Below the pieces are notes generated by a model that worked only from the letters and a program-made list of their open reading frames with translations, made no database searches and was not told the DNA's origin. A stretch of 60,792 nucleotides of DNA from Candidatus Aminicenantes bacterium (GTDB taxonomy: Bacteria > Acidobacteriota > Aminicenantia > Aminicenantales > Saccharicenantaceae), in assembly GCA_002877915.1 (NCBI GenBank), contig PNJE01000075.1:1-60792 (forward strand), given 5' to 3'. Of this stretch, positions 10,544-20,495 are shown piece after piece (position 1 is the stretch's first letter; every line of letters starts with the position of its first letter). The translations under genes were made by a program, and so were the position numbers.

Positions 10544-10572
10544 ATAGTATCTCAGGCTAAATTCAAAGTCAA
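10544..10572 (-). promoter_or_regulatory. sigma70-type promoter for pilT-alaS-slt
   Basis: Minus-strand TTGACT (10572-10567), N17, TACTAT (10549-10544). Confidence 0.65.
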
Positions 10573-10594
10573 TTTAAAAACTGGCCAGGCCGGT

Positions 10595-11533
10595 CTAAAC
10601 ATTTTCTCCACAATAAGGACAAACCTTAGCTTTATAAGGCAACGGACGGTGGCAATTCCAGCACAGGGTGGTCTGGCGTTCTTCGCGAGCCTTAATTCTA
10701 ATAAAAATATCTTCCAGCTGGCCGTTTTTTTCTTCTTTTCCCTTAAGCCGAGAGAGTTCTCGGATTATTTCGGCAGCACTTTGAACTCGGTCTTCAACCT
10801 TAGGGGCTAAGCATTTCATAATCAGAACATCTATCTCTTTGGGAATTTTCATATTTTTCAGCCGGGGCGGAGTTATCTTTCCCTGCTGGGCTTTTTCCAG
10901 TATTTTAAAAGGATCAGGATCAAAAATTGGCGGGCGACCAACAAGCAATTCATAAAATATACAGCCGAGAGAATAAATATCGGAGCTATATGAAGCCTTA
11001 CCTAAAAATTGTTCCGGAGCCATATAAGGAGGCGAGCCGATTCGAGTAGAAGCATACTGAGTAGAATTTAACCAAGCTGAGGTCCCGAAATCGGTAATCT
11101 TCACTGTGCCTTCTTCAGAAACCAGAATATTCGAAGGCCGGAGATCGCGGTGGATAATTTTATTTTTATGGGCATGATCAACTCCATAGGCGATTTGCTT
11201 CACTATATCTATAGCCCGATCGCAATCAAGAATTTTCTCCTTCTCTAATATTTTTTCCAGGGATTTGCCCTTGACATATTCCATTACCATGAAAAAAACA
11301 TCTTTTTCTTTCTCAGCTGCTAATACTTTGACTATATTCGGGTGATTCAACGCGGCCTGCAGTCGCGGCTCTTTGAGCAATTTATAAAGCTCGGTAGATT
11401 GCTTATGAGGAACTTTTATCGCCACCTTAATATCCAGCCAGGTGTCCCGGGCTAAGTAGACTGAACCAAACCCACCGCTCCCTAAGGAACGAAGAATTTC
11501 ATATTTGCCGACCTTCTGTCCCTGCAAAAACAT
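10595..11533 (-). CDS. Cytoplasmic Hanks-type Ser/Thr protein kinase with C-terminal zinc ribbon
   Basis: GSGGFG, VAIK, HRDLRPSN and DFG motifs; C-terminal CWNC..CPYC; no TM helix. Confidence 0.92.
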   Translation of the reverse strand: MFLQGQKVGKYEILRSLGSGGFGSVYLARDTWLDIKVAIKVPHKQSTELYKLLKEPRLQAALNHPNIVKVLAAEKEKDVFFMVMEYVKGKSLEKILEKEKILDCDRAIDIVKQIAYGVDHAHKNKIIHRDLRPSNILVSEEGTVKITDFGTSAWLNSTQYASTRIGSPPYMAPEQFLGKASYSSDIYSLGCIFYELLVGRPPIFDPDPFKILEKAQQGKITPPRLKNMKIPKEIDVLIMKCLAPKVEDRVQSAAEIIRELSRLKGKEEKNGQLEDIFIRIKAREERQTTLCWNCHRPLPYKAKVCPYCGENV

Positions 11534-11534
11534 A

Positions 11535-12272
11535 TTACCAATTCCAAAAATGAGAGATTAAAGCCAGGGCGGAAATTGCGGCCGTCTCCGCTCGTAACAC
11601 CCGTCCTCCAAGATTCAACCCGATATATCGAGCTTTATTTAGCATCTCCTTTTCTTCCGTTGTCCAGCCTCCTTCTGGTCCGACTAACAAAGTTACTTCT
11701 TCCGGCGCTGGCTTTAATAGTATATCACGAAAACGCCATTCGCTCTCCTCATCTAAATAAAATTTTAAAGCTTCAGGATCATTATTTAGACCGGCTTTTA
11801 AGGATACAGGAAAATTTATAACTGGCAGAACAGCTCCTTTAGCTTGCTTCAGGGCTTCTCTAACTATCTTTTCCCAGCGACCTTTTTTGGCTTCCAATTT
11901 AGTCCGATTAAAATTCTGAGACCGGGCCGCTATGAGAGGTTGGATTTCCGTCACTCCGAGCTCAGTGGCTTTTTGAATTACCAGCTCAAAAGCAGCTGGC
12001 TTAATAAGACTTAGACCCAAGATAATGTTGGTTTTGAGATTTTCTTTGATCGTCAGACAGGGGCGGAGCCAGGTTTTATCCTTTTCAATCTTAATTACTT
12101 CGGCTTGAAGACGATGCCCTTGGCCATCAGTCAGCCAGATAAAATCACCAGCTTTAACCCTGGCCACCCGGAAAAGATGATGATGCTCTTCGCCGGCCAG
12201 AAAAAATTGTTCCATCCCGCCGGGAAGGGATTTTATAAAAAACTGGTTACTGGTCACTTTCGTTATTCTCAA
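11535..12272 (-). CDS. rsmE: 16S rRNA m3U1498 methyltransferase
   Basis: [23 protein letters not shown] and LRAETA motifs; canonical position after dnaJ. Confidence 0.93.
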   Translation of the reverse strand: MRITKVTSNQFFIKSLPGGMEQFFLAGEEHHHLFRVARVKAGDFIWLTDGQGHRLQAEVIKIEKDKTWLRPCLTIKENLKTNIILGLSLIKPAAFELVIQKATELGVTEIQPLIAARSQNFNRTKLEAKKGRWEKIVREALKQAKGAVLPVINFPVSLKAGLNNDPEALKFYLDEESEWRFRDILLKPAPEEVTLLVGPEGGWTTEEKEMLNKARYIGLNLGGRVLRAETAAISALALISHFWNW

Positions 12273-13398
12273 TAATTTTTCTGTACCTTTCGAGAATTGA
12301 GTTATCTACCTCTTCTAATTTTTCTCCTCTCAGCTCGGCCAGTTTGCTAAGCAGAGACTTTTGCTCCCGATCGAGTTTCTCTGGTGTTTTTACTATAATC
12401 CGCACATAAAGATCACCCGGTCGACGTCCTTCCAGATCTCGGATGCCTGCATTTTTTATTTTAAATACCTCCCCCGATTGGACGCCAGCCGGAATTTTAA
12501 GAATTTCAGAATCACCATTGAGCAATGGAATGGCTATTTTTGCTCCTAAGGCGGCTTGCGAAAAACTTACTGAAATTTCGGTATAAAGGTCTCTTCCCCG
12601 TCGTTCGAAAAAGGGATGCTTTTTAATTTTTATAATTATGTAAAGATCACCTCTTGGCTGCCCCTGGTCACCAGCTTCCCCCTCACCCACTATTCTCAAT
12701 CTGGTACCTTCATCCACTCCTTGAGGTATCTTCACCCTTAATTGTTTCTTTTCTTTTATTCGGCCAGTGCCCTGGCATTCTTCGCAAGGAGTAGCTATTA
12801 TTTCTCCTGTTCCCCCACAATGAGAACAGGTCCGGGTAATAGTAAAAAATCCCTGTTGATAACGCAATTGACCACGCCCCTGACAGGAAGGACAGATAGT
12901 TTTTCTGGTTCCCGGCTTTAGTTTAGAACCATGGCAAACCGGGCAAAGCTCATGCCGGGTAATTTTAAGCTCTTTTTCTCCCCCCGCCGCCGCTTCTTCC
13001 AGGGTAATTTGTAGTTCCAAGGCCAGATCCCTTCCCCGTTGAGGCCTGGGTTTACGGGCGGTTTCCTGACCAAAAAAATTGGAAAAATTAAAACCAAAAA
13101 AGTTTCCCAAGATATCTTCAAAATCCTGAAAAATTGAGGAGTCAAAACCGCTGAATCCTTCAAACCCCTGTCCCTGGAGTCCTTGATGGCCATATCGATC
13201 ATAGATTGCCCTTTTTTCCGGATCCATCAGAACACTATAAGCTTCCGCCGCTTCCTTGAATTTTTCTTCAGCTTCCTTATTCCCTGGATTGCGGTCCGGA
13301 TGGTATTTCAAAGCCGCCTGTCGATAGGCTTTCTTGATTTCTTCAGGTGAAGCTTGCCTGGAAACACCGAGAATTTCATAGTAATCCTTCTTCATCAT
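12247..13398 (-). CDS. dnaJ: Chaperone DnaJ
   Basis: J-domain with HPD, G/F-rich region, four CxxCxGxG-type repeats and C-terminal domain. Confidence 0.97.
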   Translation of the reverse strand: MMKKDYYEILGVSRQASPEEIKKAYRQAALKYHPDRNPGNKEAEEKFKEAAEAYSVLMDPEKRAIYDRYGHQGLQGQGFEGFSGFDSSIFQDFEDILGNFFGFNFSNFFGQETARKPRPQRGRDLALELQITLEEAAAGGEKELKITRHELCPVCHGSKLKPGTRKTICPSCQGRGQLRYQQGFFTITRTCSHCGGTGEIIATPCEECQGTGRIKEKKQLRVKIPQGVDEGTRLRIVGEGEAGDQGQPRGDLYIIIKIKKHPFFERRGRDLYTEISVSFSQAALGAKIAIPLLNGDSEILKIPAGVQSGEVFKIKNAGIRDLEGRRPGDLYVRIIVKTPEKLDREQKSLLSKLAELRGEKLEEVDNSILERYRKIIENNESDQ

Positions 13399-14968
13399 CA
13401 GTCGCCTCTATATCCTTCTTTCTTCTTTTTTTTATAATCTCTTCGAGTTGTTCGGGCAGAAGGCCGGCCGCCGGTTTTATTTCCACTTTTTGTTCTCTTC
13501 CAGTTCCGGCATCTCTGGCTGAAACCCGGAGAATTCCATCAGCATCTATTTCGAAAGTTACATCAATCTGGGGAACTCCAGCCGGAGCCGGATCAATACC
13601 GACCAGATCAAAAGTAGCCAGAGATTTATTTTCTGCCGCTATAAGGCTTTCTCCCTGGAGGACATGAATTTTAACCCGCCTTTGATTATTCTCAACTGTG
13701 GTAAAAGCCATGGTTTTCCTGGCCGGAATGGTAGTATTTTTTTCTATGATTTTTTGAAAAATGCCTTTTTCCGTTTCTATTCCCAAGGAAAAAGGAGTGA
13801 CGTCAAGGAGTAAAACCAGCTCCTTGGCCCAGCCTTTAATTATTTCCGCTTGGAGGGCCGCACCTATAGCCACAATTTCATCCGGGTTAATCCGACCAGC
13901 CGGTTGACGGCCAAAATAATCAGCCACCGCTTGTCTTACCAGGGGCATCCTGGTTTGTCCCCCGACCAGAATGACCTCATCAACTCTGGAAACATCCAGC
14001 CCGGCATCTTTTAAAGCCTGAGCACAAATGTTTATGGTTTTTTCCACCAGATCCCGGGTTAGATTTTCCAGAAAACTTCGGTTAATTTTCTTCTGGATAT
14101 GAAGGGAACCCCGGTCACTGGAGCAGATAAAAGGCAGATTAATTTCCACTTCGGGAGTAAAAGATAGCTCTTTCTTAGCTCTTTCAGCAGCTTCTTTTAT
14201 CCGCTGGAGGGCATATTTATCCTGGCTGAGATCTATCCCCTGCTCCTTATAAAACTCGTCTAAAAGATATCCAATTAGCCGGTTATCAAAATCATCTCCT
14301 CCCAAGAAAGTGTCTCCGCTGGTCGAGAGAACATGAAAGACTCCGTCATGAATTTCTAAAACAGTAATATCAAAAGTGCCACCACCCAAATCATAGACCG
14401 CCACCTTCCCATTTTTCCTGGTATTAAAACCATAGGCTAAACTGGCGGCGGTTGGTTCATTTATAATTCTTAGGACCTTCAGTCCACAAATAGTGGCCGC
14501 ATCCTTGGTCGCCTGCCGCTGATGATCATTGAAATAAGCAGGCACGGTGATAACAGCTTCCTCCACTTTTGTGCCTAAATAATTTTCTGCGCACTCCTTC
14601 AGGTATCCGAGGATAAAAGCGGAAATTTCCTGGGGAGTATAAATATTTTTCCCCGCTTCTATCAGGATATCTCCATTAGGAGCTTCAATAATCTTATAAG
14701 GGAGCTTTTCCCGGAGCTTCTCCATTTCTGGAGAATTAAATTTTTTTCCAATTAACCTTTTAACTGAATAAACAGTATCCTCTGGATTGGTAATTGCCTG
14801 GCGCCAGGCCGGTAAGCCAACCAGCCTCTGGCCACCAGGGAGAAAAGAAACAACTGAGGGAGTGGTATTATTTCCTTCTAAGTTGGGTATAACCGCCGGC
14901 TGGGCGCCCTTCACGCCAGGCACACAAACATAAGGGGGTCCCCGATCTATCCCGATTACTTCTGACAT
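13376..14968 (-). CDS. dnaK: Hsp70/DnaK, atypical (altered phosphate-1 loop, no C-terminal lid)
   Basis: [24 protein letters not shown] and LLLDVTP are intact. The N-terminus reads [10 protein letters not shown] instead of GIDLGTTNSC, and the protein is only ~530 aa. Confidence 0.85.
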   Translation of the reverse strand: MSEVIGIDRGPPYVCVPGVKGAQPAVIPNLEGNNTTPSVVSFLPGGQRLVGLPAWRQAITNPEDTVYSVKRLIGKKFNSPEMEKLREKLPYKIIEAPNGDILIEAGKNIYTPQEISAFILGYLKECAENYLGTKVEEAVITVPAYFNDHQRQATKDAATICGLKVLRIINEPTAASLAYGFNTRKNGKVAVYDLGGGTFDITVLEIHDGVFHVLSTSGDTFLGGDDFDNRLIGYLLDEFYKEQGIDLSQDKYALQRIKEAAERAKKELSFTPEVEINLPFICSSDRGSLHIQKKINRSFLENLTRDLVEKTINICAQALKDAGLDVSRVDEVILVGGQTRMPLVRQAVADYFGRQPAGRINPDEIVAIGAALQAEIIKGWAKELVLLLDVTPFSLGIETEKGIFQKIIEKNTTIPARKTMAFTTVENNQRRVKIHVLQGESLIAAENKSLATFDLVGIDPAPAGVPQIDVTFEIDADGILRVSARDAGTGREQKVEIKPAAGLLPEQLEEIIKKRRKKDIEATDDEEGLL

Positions 14969-14970
14969 TC

Positions 14971-15699
14971 TCAATTCTTTTTAGGAACTATTACTTTTAC
15001 CATACTCGGTCGAAGAAGTCGATGGTGAATTAAATATCCTTTTTGCAACTCTTCCTTGATTTTTGGCTCCTGGACTTCTTCCGATTCTTCTGAAACCAAG
15101 GCGTGGTGATAAGCTGGATCAAATTTATCATCTTTCAGCTCAATAGGCCTTACTCCATATTTTTTCAACAGGTTAATCAACATCCGGTAAATCAGCTCAA
15201 CTCCATCCTTAAATGTTCGGCCGTCAGTTTCGTCCGAGGTTTTTAAAGCTCTCTCGAAATTATCAATTATGGGCAATATTTCCCTCAGCAGGTCAGTGAG
15301 AGCATACTGAAAATATTCTTCCTTTTCCTTTTCGGCCCTTTTACGGATATTATCCAGTTCAGCCAATTGCCGCAAAAATTTATCTTTAAGGTCCTCTATC
15401 TGCTTCTGTAGCTGACTAATTTCGCTTTCCTTAGCTTTTAATTCCTGCTGAAGTTTATTTATTAAACCTTCGTCTGTCAACTTACCGGGGATAGTCTTAG
15501 ATGGTTCTCCAGTTTCACAAGCCTGATCCTTGTCTTCGTCTTCAGAGGTTAGATATTCAATTTCTTCTTCCTCGCTTACCTCAAAAGGTTCTTCCTTTTT
15601 CCTTAAATCTTCAATTTCTGAATTATTAACCGCTTCCTTTTTATCTGTTTTTTCTTCTATTGGTTCTTTTTTTTCATCTTCCGGTTTTTGGTTGCTCAT
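14971..15699 (-). CDS. grpE: Nucleotide exchange factor GrpE
   Basis: AELDNIRKR, DNFERAL, FDPAYH and GY...LLRPSMVKV; long acidic N-terminus. Confidence 0.95.
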   Translation of the reverse strand: MSNQKPEDEKKEPIEEKTDKKEAVNNSEIEDLRKKEEPFEVSEEEEIEYLTSEDEDKDQACETGEPSKTIPGKLTDEGLINKLQQELKAKESEISQLQKQIEDLKDKFLRQLAELDNIRKRAEKEKEEYFQYALTDLLREILPIIDNFERALKTSDETDGRTFKDGVELIYRMLINLLKKYGVRPIELKDDKFDPAYHHALVSEESEEVQEPKIKEELQKGYLIHHRLLRPSMVKVIVPKKN

Positions 15700-16757
15700 A
15701 GCTCCACCCCTTTTTCCAGGAAAGTTATCGTCCTGGTCAAATATCGGGCGACATTATCAACCAGGGGAATAATTTTTTCATAGGGAAGCCTCTTCGGCCC
15801 GATTATCCCTAATGAACCGAGAATCTGATTTCGATGGCCATAATGAGAAAGAATCAAAGAACAATCGGCAATTTCTGGAAGCTCGAGCTCAGAACCGATA
15901 ATGACTTTCACTCGATCAAGACTGATCACCTCAGAAAGCAGCTTAACCAGATTAGCTTTTTCTTCAAAATTCTGGAATAAAGATTTTAGCTTTTGAAAAT
16001 CAAAAAGCTCGGCTTTATCCAGGAGCCTGGCTGTTCCTTGAAGGAATATCTTGCTTTTTTCTTTATCCGGGGGCGGGTAATTCTTAAGCAAGGAAATGAG
16101 CTTTTCCACCAAGTCTTCGTACTTCATCCTCAGATAGGGCAATTCTCGAAAAAGGTAATCCCGGACAAAAGCCAGATTTTTCCCCCGGAAATTCTGATTT
16201 ATGTATTGAGCGGCCCGGTCAAGTTCGGCCTGAGCCAAAATATTCTGAACTTCAAACACTTCTGTCTGCACCAGATTAAAAGTAGACAAGAGGACAATCA
16301 TTATCTTGTTATCTTTAAGCTTTATAAATCTGACCTGGTCAAAGTTCACCCTGGAGATATGGGGCGAGACCACAAAGGCCAGATTATCAGAATTATTAGC
16401 CAGGATCTGGCTAACCTGAAGAAGAAGCGAATCCAGATCCCCTGATTCAATTGAAAGCTCTTCCGGGTAAATCCTGATTGATTCCGGGATGGCAAAAATA
16501 GTCTCATTCAGCAAATTATTAACATAAAACCGAAGGCCTTCGTCTGTGGGAATCCGACCAGCCGAGGTATGCGGTTGATATAGATAACCGCTCTCCTCCA
16601 GGCTGGACATAACATGGCGGATCGTAGCTGGCGATATTTTATTTTCTAATTTCCTCGCCAGATACCCGGAACTAACCGCTTTGCCAGTTTGAAGATAGGC
16701 CTCAACCGTCATATTAAGAATAATTTTTTCTTTATTTTCTAATTTACAGTAAGACAT
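15696..16757 (-). CDS. hrcA: Heat-inducible transcription repressor HrcA
   Basis: SPATIR, QPHTSAGRIPT and GIIGPKR motifs; overlaps the grpE start by 4 bp. Confidence 0.95.
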   Translation of the reverse strand: MSYCKLENKEKIILNMTVEAYLQTGKAVSSGYLARKLENKISPATIRHVMSSLEESGYLYQPHTSAGRIPTDEGLRFYVNNLLNETIFAIPESIRIYPEELSIESGDLDSLLLQVSQILANNSDNLAFVVSPHISRVNFDQVRFIKLKDNKIMIVLLSTFNLVQTEVFEVQNILAQAELDRAAQYINQNFRGKNLAFVRDYLFRELPYLRMKYEDLVEKLISLLKNYPPPDKEKSKIFLQGTARLLDKAELFDFQKLKSLFQNFEEKANLVKLLSEVISLDRVKVIIGSELELPEIADCSLILSHYGHRNQILGSLGIIGPKRLPYEKIIPLVDNVARYLTRTITFLEKGVEL

Positions 16758-16775
16758 ATATTCCCTTTTTTCTTT

Positions 16776-16804
16776 TATTTACCGCAAAAAACATTAATTG
16801 TCAA
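16776..16804 (-). promoter_or_regulatory. Candidate sigma70 promoter for the hrcA operon
   Basis: Perfect TTGACA (16804-16799), N17, weak -10 TAAATA (16781-16776). Confidence 0.45.
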
Positions 16805-16823
16805 CCGGCCGAGAACAATAAAC

Positions 16824-17630
16824 TCAGATGACAGCCAGCCCGGCATAACCGACGACTTCCCGATAATCTCCGGTTCTATCTCCTGAAGTTTGATATTTTA
16901 TCAGCTTGCCCTCTTTTGCTCCCAGAGCCTTGGCCGCTACCAACATAGCAGCTGTCGGCTGGAAACCGCACATCGAAAGCCCATAGGAAATAACCACTTG
17001 GAATAATCCCTGGGGGTCGAGCCTTTCGATAAAAGAGATAGCTTTATGATCCAGCTCTTCCGCCATCTTCTGACTAACATAGTGACTCATATCGGTGCTG
17101 GCGACTAAAAGAACCGGCCGATCAAAATTAATTACTGCTCTGGAGATTGCCTGCCCCAGCTCCGCTAAACTCTCATAATTAGCCTGATATGAGACCAGGA
17201 TAGGAACAAGAGAAAGATTTTTCTGAAAATACTGTAAAAAGGGAACCTGAACTTCAATAGAATGTTCTTTGCGGTGAGCTTCCCGATCCCTAGTGATCAG
17301 CTGGGTTTCGCCAACTAAGAGTTCGCTTAACCTTTCCTCGATGGGCACCTGACCCAGAGGGGTAAGCCAGCTGCCGCTATCATAAAGAGCAAACAAAGAA
17401 TTTATCTGATGATGAGCTGGAGCCAGTATCACTACTGTCTCAGGTATAATTACGGCCGAATAAACCGCTGCGGCTACCGGTCCTGAATATTCATATCCAG
17501 CATGAGGCGAGACTACTCCCAGGGCTTTTATTTTTTCTTTAACCTCAGGAATGAATGATTCAATGGTCTCAATAAGAATTTCCTTCCGGTCCGGATAAAA
17601 ATATCCAGCCACATAGGGTTCTCTTTTCAC
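16824..17630 (-). CDS. MEMO1 family protein (AmmeMemoRadiSam system protein B-like)
   Basis: REPYVAGYFYP, PHAGYEYSG, EHSIEVQ, STDMSHY, MCG and VVGYA motifs; GTG start at 17630 after GGAGG. Confidence 0.9.
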   Translation of the reverse strand: MKREPYVAGYFYPDRKEILIETIESFIPEVKEKIKALGVVSPHAGYEYSGPVAAAVYSAVIIPETVVILAPAHHQINSLFALYDSGSWLTPLGQVPIEERLSELLVGETQLITRDREAHRKEHSIEVQVPFLQYFQKNLSLVPILVSYQANYESLAELGQAISRAVINFDRPVLLVASTDMSHYVSQKMAEELDHKAISFIERLDPQGLFQVVISYGLSMCGFQPTAAMLVAAKALGAKEGKLIKYQTSGDRTGDYREVVGYAGLAVI

Positions 17631-17655
17631 CTGGTCCTCCTTTTGAGCCTGAAGC

Positions 17656-18978
17656 TCAGATAAAATTTTTTTCTTCCCTGAAAGAAACACCCAAGGTTTT
17701 TAATTCCTCCAAAATAGGCTCATAAATTTCCGGATAGGTTGGGATAAGAACGCCGCGTAATTTTATCCTCCCTTCCAGTATCAGCCGAGTGGCTATCGCT
17801 GCCGGCAGGCCGACCAGCCGGCTCATTGAAGTTGGACCATAAGGAATTCCAAAATCGATCAAGGAAGAAATAATTTTTTCTTTTTTGCCATTTCGATATT
17901 CCACTATTATTTCATGGTAAAGAACCGATAAGTCTCTTTCCCCTTCCTTATATTTAAGCTTTTCAACCATCAGGGAAGCTAACAGATCCAGGGGTGAAAT
18001 TCTGTTGGCCGGCAGCCGTCGGTCGCTGAAAAGACCCAGCCAGTCAAAGCTCTTGATTACCTCAGAATCAGGACTGAGTTGGAGTTTCGCAGCTACCTTT
18101 TCTATCAAAGGTTCCTCCGGTGCTATTTTTAATAGTTCCCTAATAAAATCAGCGTAGGTCCTTGACTTCCATTCTCTCTCATTTATATCCAGGAGCCCCA
18201 GCTCGCCGATTTTTTTCATTTTAAGGCACCAGCCAGGATATCTAAGGGTACCGCGAAACATGGTTTTGACTTGCGGAATCTTATAAATTTCTTTATAAAT
18301 AATTGAGTTTCTATTGGGATAACCCTCAAAAACACCCAGTCCGGATATTTCAACCTGCTGATAATGAGAAAAAAGCTCTTCTGCCGGGATAACCACTTCC
18401 TGACCATCCTTCAAGTATCGAGCTTCATTGCGGCCAGCCAATAAAACTCCCCGAGGACTCCAAGAAAATTTATAACCAAAAGGATTATCATTAGCCTCAG
18501 GAGCAGGCAACCCGCCGCAATAAGAAATGAAACTCACTACCTTTCCCCCCTGAGATTCGGCGCTATTTATTAGCCTCTTAGCCTCCATATGATCAATTCC
18601 AGGATCAAGTCCGACCTCATTAAGGAAAATTAAGTCCTTTTCTCGGGCCAAATGGTCCAGGGCTTTCATTTCAGGGCTGACATAAGAAGCTGTCACCAGG
18701 TTACAGCCAATTTCTAAGCAGAGGTCAGCCACATACGGATGAAAAGTATAGGGCACTAAGCTGACGACGACTTCAGACCCAGAAATCAATTCTTTTAGGC
18801 TTTTTCTGTCTTGAAGATCAATTTTAACCGCTCGGCCCCGGGGATGATCCTTAATTAATTGCCGAGCCTTTTCCTCTTCGATGTCCGCCACCGTTAGCCT
18901 AATCTCGTCATAGTCAAGAAGATATTTAACCAGAGGTCCGGCTACCAGCCCGGCGCCCAGAACAGTTACTTTTTTCAT
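17656..18978 (-). CDS. Saccharopine dehydrogenase (glutamate-forming type, SDH domain of LKR/SDH)
   Basis: GAGLVA Rossmann fold; GLDPGIDHM, SYCGGLPAPE..NPFGYKFSWSPRG, RGTLRY and MSRLVGLP. Confidence 0.9.
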   Translation of the reverse strand: MKKVTVLGAGLVAGPLVKYLLDYDEIRLTVADIEEEKARQLIKDHPRGRAVKIDLQDRKSLKELISGSEVVVSLVPYTFHPYVADLCLEIGCNLVTASYVSPEMKALDHLAREKDLIFLNEVGLDPGIDHMEAKRLINSAESQGGKVVSFISYCGGLPAPEANDNPFGYKFSWSPRGVLLAGRNEARYLKDGQEVVIPAEELFSHYQQVEISGLGVFEGYPNRNSIIYKEIYKIPQVKTMFRGTLRYPGWCLKMKKIGELGLLDINEREWKSRTYADFIRELLKIAPEEPLIEKVAAKLQLSPDSEVIKSFDWLGLFSDRRLPANRISPLDLLASLMVEKLKYKEGERDLSVLYHEIIVEYRNGKKEKIISSLIDFGIPYGPTSMSRLVGLPAAIATRLILEGRIKLRGVLIPTYPEIYEPILEELKTLGVSFREEKNFI

Positions 18979-19031
18979 CTTTGGCCTCTCTTTTTATAAA
19001 AAATAAGAATAACTTCCAAATTAATCGTTAT

Positions 19032-20345
19032 TTAAATTTTAAGATATGTTTCCAGATATTTATAATCAGGAGTTAATTCTCCCTGGTAGGCAATCACTGC
19101 CTTTTTTATTACCGGTTCCAGCGACAGTTTTTCAAAAGTAACTGAATAGTCAGCCAGAGCAATCCCGGGAACATAATTTTTTAATTGCTGACTGAAAAAA
19201 GTCGAGGATTCCAGAGGCAGTTCAGCCGGCAAGTTATAAACTGCCATCACCACCGGTCCCCGCCCCTTGAAGCCAAAAGAAGCTTGGCCAGTAACCGGAT
19301 CGTAAACATAAACTGGATTTTCAGAATCAGCCGCTTGAATGGTGCTCTCTATTGAGCCATTGATATCACAAGTGATATCACCAATCACTTGCAATCTCGG
19401 CTGCTTTTCCTGACGGTAAAATTCCTTTAAAAACTCCCTGGTGATGAATTTGGGATACCTGGGAGTCCAGAAAATCCCATTAATCAACACGCTGATATAT
19501 GGGAGATAGCTTTCGACTATTGGGTAATACTTTTCAGGATGCTGGTAATAATCTTGAAGATCAAAGCTGAAATTACCCCGGGGTCGAACCATGTCTTCCT
19601 CTTTAAAGACGACTTTATAAACCCGGTGAGAAGAATAATAACCTCCTTCTACCAATTCGGCCAGGTCAGAAGGCTTGATTTCTACAGCTGGTAACAAGTC
19701 ATAAACCTCCTGAGCCCCACGGGAGACGTGTCCGTAGCCGAAAAATCCACAGATAAATGGACTTATATCCTTGGGAAGGCCCTTATCTTCTATTTCTCGG
19801 CCCACCTTTTGAACCTCTTCTTTTAGCTCGGTCAAATTGAGGTAATGAATCGCTTGGCGGAGCTTTAAAAAAGGCGTCTCTCTTCCCAATATTTTCAATC
19901 TCTGACCATAGGCCCAGAGAGAATTAACCAGGCCAGCGTGACCGGCATAATTGCCAAAAAATAAAACTCTCTGACCTTTTTCATTGGTCATTTTTTCATA
20001 ATCAATCAGGGTACAACCAAGTTCTAAAATTTTTCTTAACATGGGCATATTGTGGGCCTGTCCTTTTATCGTATGGGAGAAAAATACATAAGTTTTGCCA
20101 GGCTCTAAAAGATTCAACGGAATTTCTTTTATGGCTAAAACAATCCGGCTCGGACAGATGTCTTCCTGGACCACGGCTCCAGCCGCTAAATACTCGCTAT
20201 CAGGAAAAACTCTAATGGCTGAAGGCTGAACATAAAAAATCAGGGGATAATTCTCGCTGAGTTCCCGGACATGCGCGGGAATAAGTGGTACCCGCCTTTC
20301 CCAGCGATTAATATCTTCCCGCCTGATTCCAACCTTAATTTTCAT
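19032..20345 (-). CDS. Lysine-ketoglutarate reductase-like protein (LKR domain, AlaDh/PNT fold)
   Basis: RREDINRWERRVPL, FFSHTIKGQ..NM, DYEK, FGNYAG.AG, GDITCDINGSIE and NLPAELPLESS; ATG 20345 chosen. Confidence 0.88.
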   Translation of the reverse strand: MKIKVGIRREDINRWERRVPLIPAHVRELSENYPLIFYVQPSAIRVFPDSEYLAAGAVVQEDICPSRIVLAIKEIPLNLLEPGKTYVFFSHTIKGQAHNMPMLRKILELGCTLIDYEKMTNEKGQRVLFFGNYAGHAGLVNSLWAYGQRLKILGRETPFLKLRQAIHYLNLTELKEEVQKVGREIEDKGLPKDISPFICGFFGYGHVSRGAQEVYDLLPAVEIKPSDLAELVEGGYYSSHRVYKVVFKEEDMVRPRGNFSFDLQDYYQHPEKYYPIVESYLPYISVLINGIFWTPRYPKFITREFLKEFYRQEKQPRLQVIGDITCDINGSIESTIQAADSENPVYVYDPVTGQASFGFKGRGPVVMAVYNLPAELPLESSTFFSQQLKNYVPGIALADYSVTFEKLSLEPVIKKAVIAYQGELTPDYKYLETYLKI

Positions 20346-20382
20346 GACCTCTTGTCCTTTCAGATCAACCAATCCCTTTTAA

Positions 20383-20412
20383 ATTATGTCATATTTTGAG
20401 AAAAAACGTCAA
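20383..20412 (-). promoter_or_regulatory. sigma70-type promoter for LKR-SDH-MEMO
   Basis: Minus-strand TTGACG (20412-20407), N18, CATAAT (20388-20383). Confidence 0.55.
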
Positions 20413-20495
20413 TAAATTTTGTCTTTTAGAAAGAAGAAAAAGTAAGCCAGATTATCCTATTGACGATTTCATCCTTATTGGACATAATAACGAAG

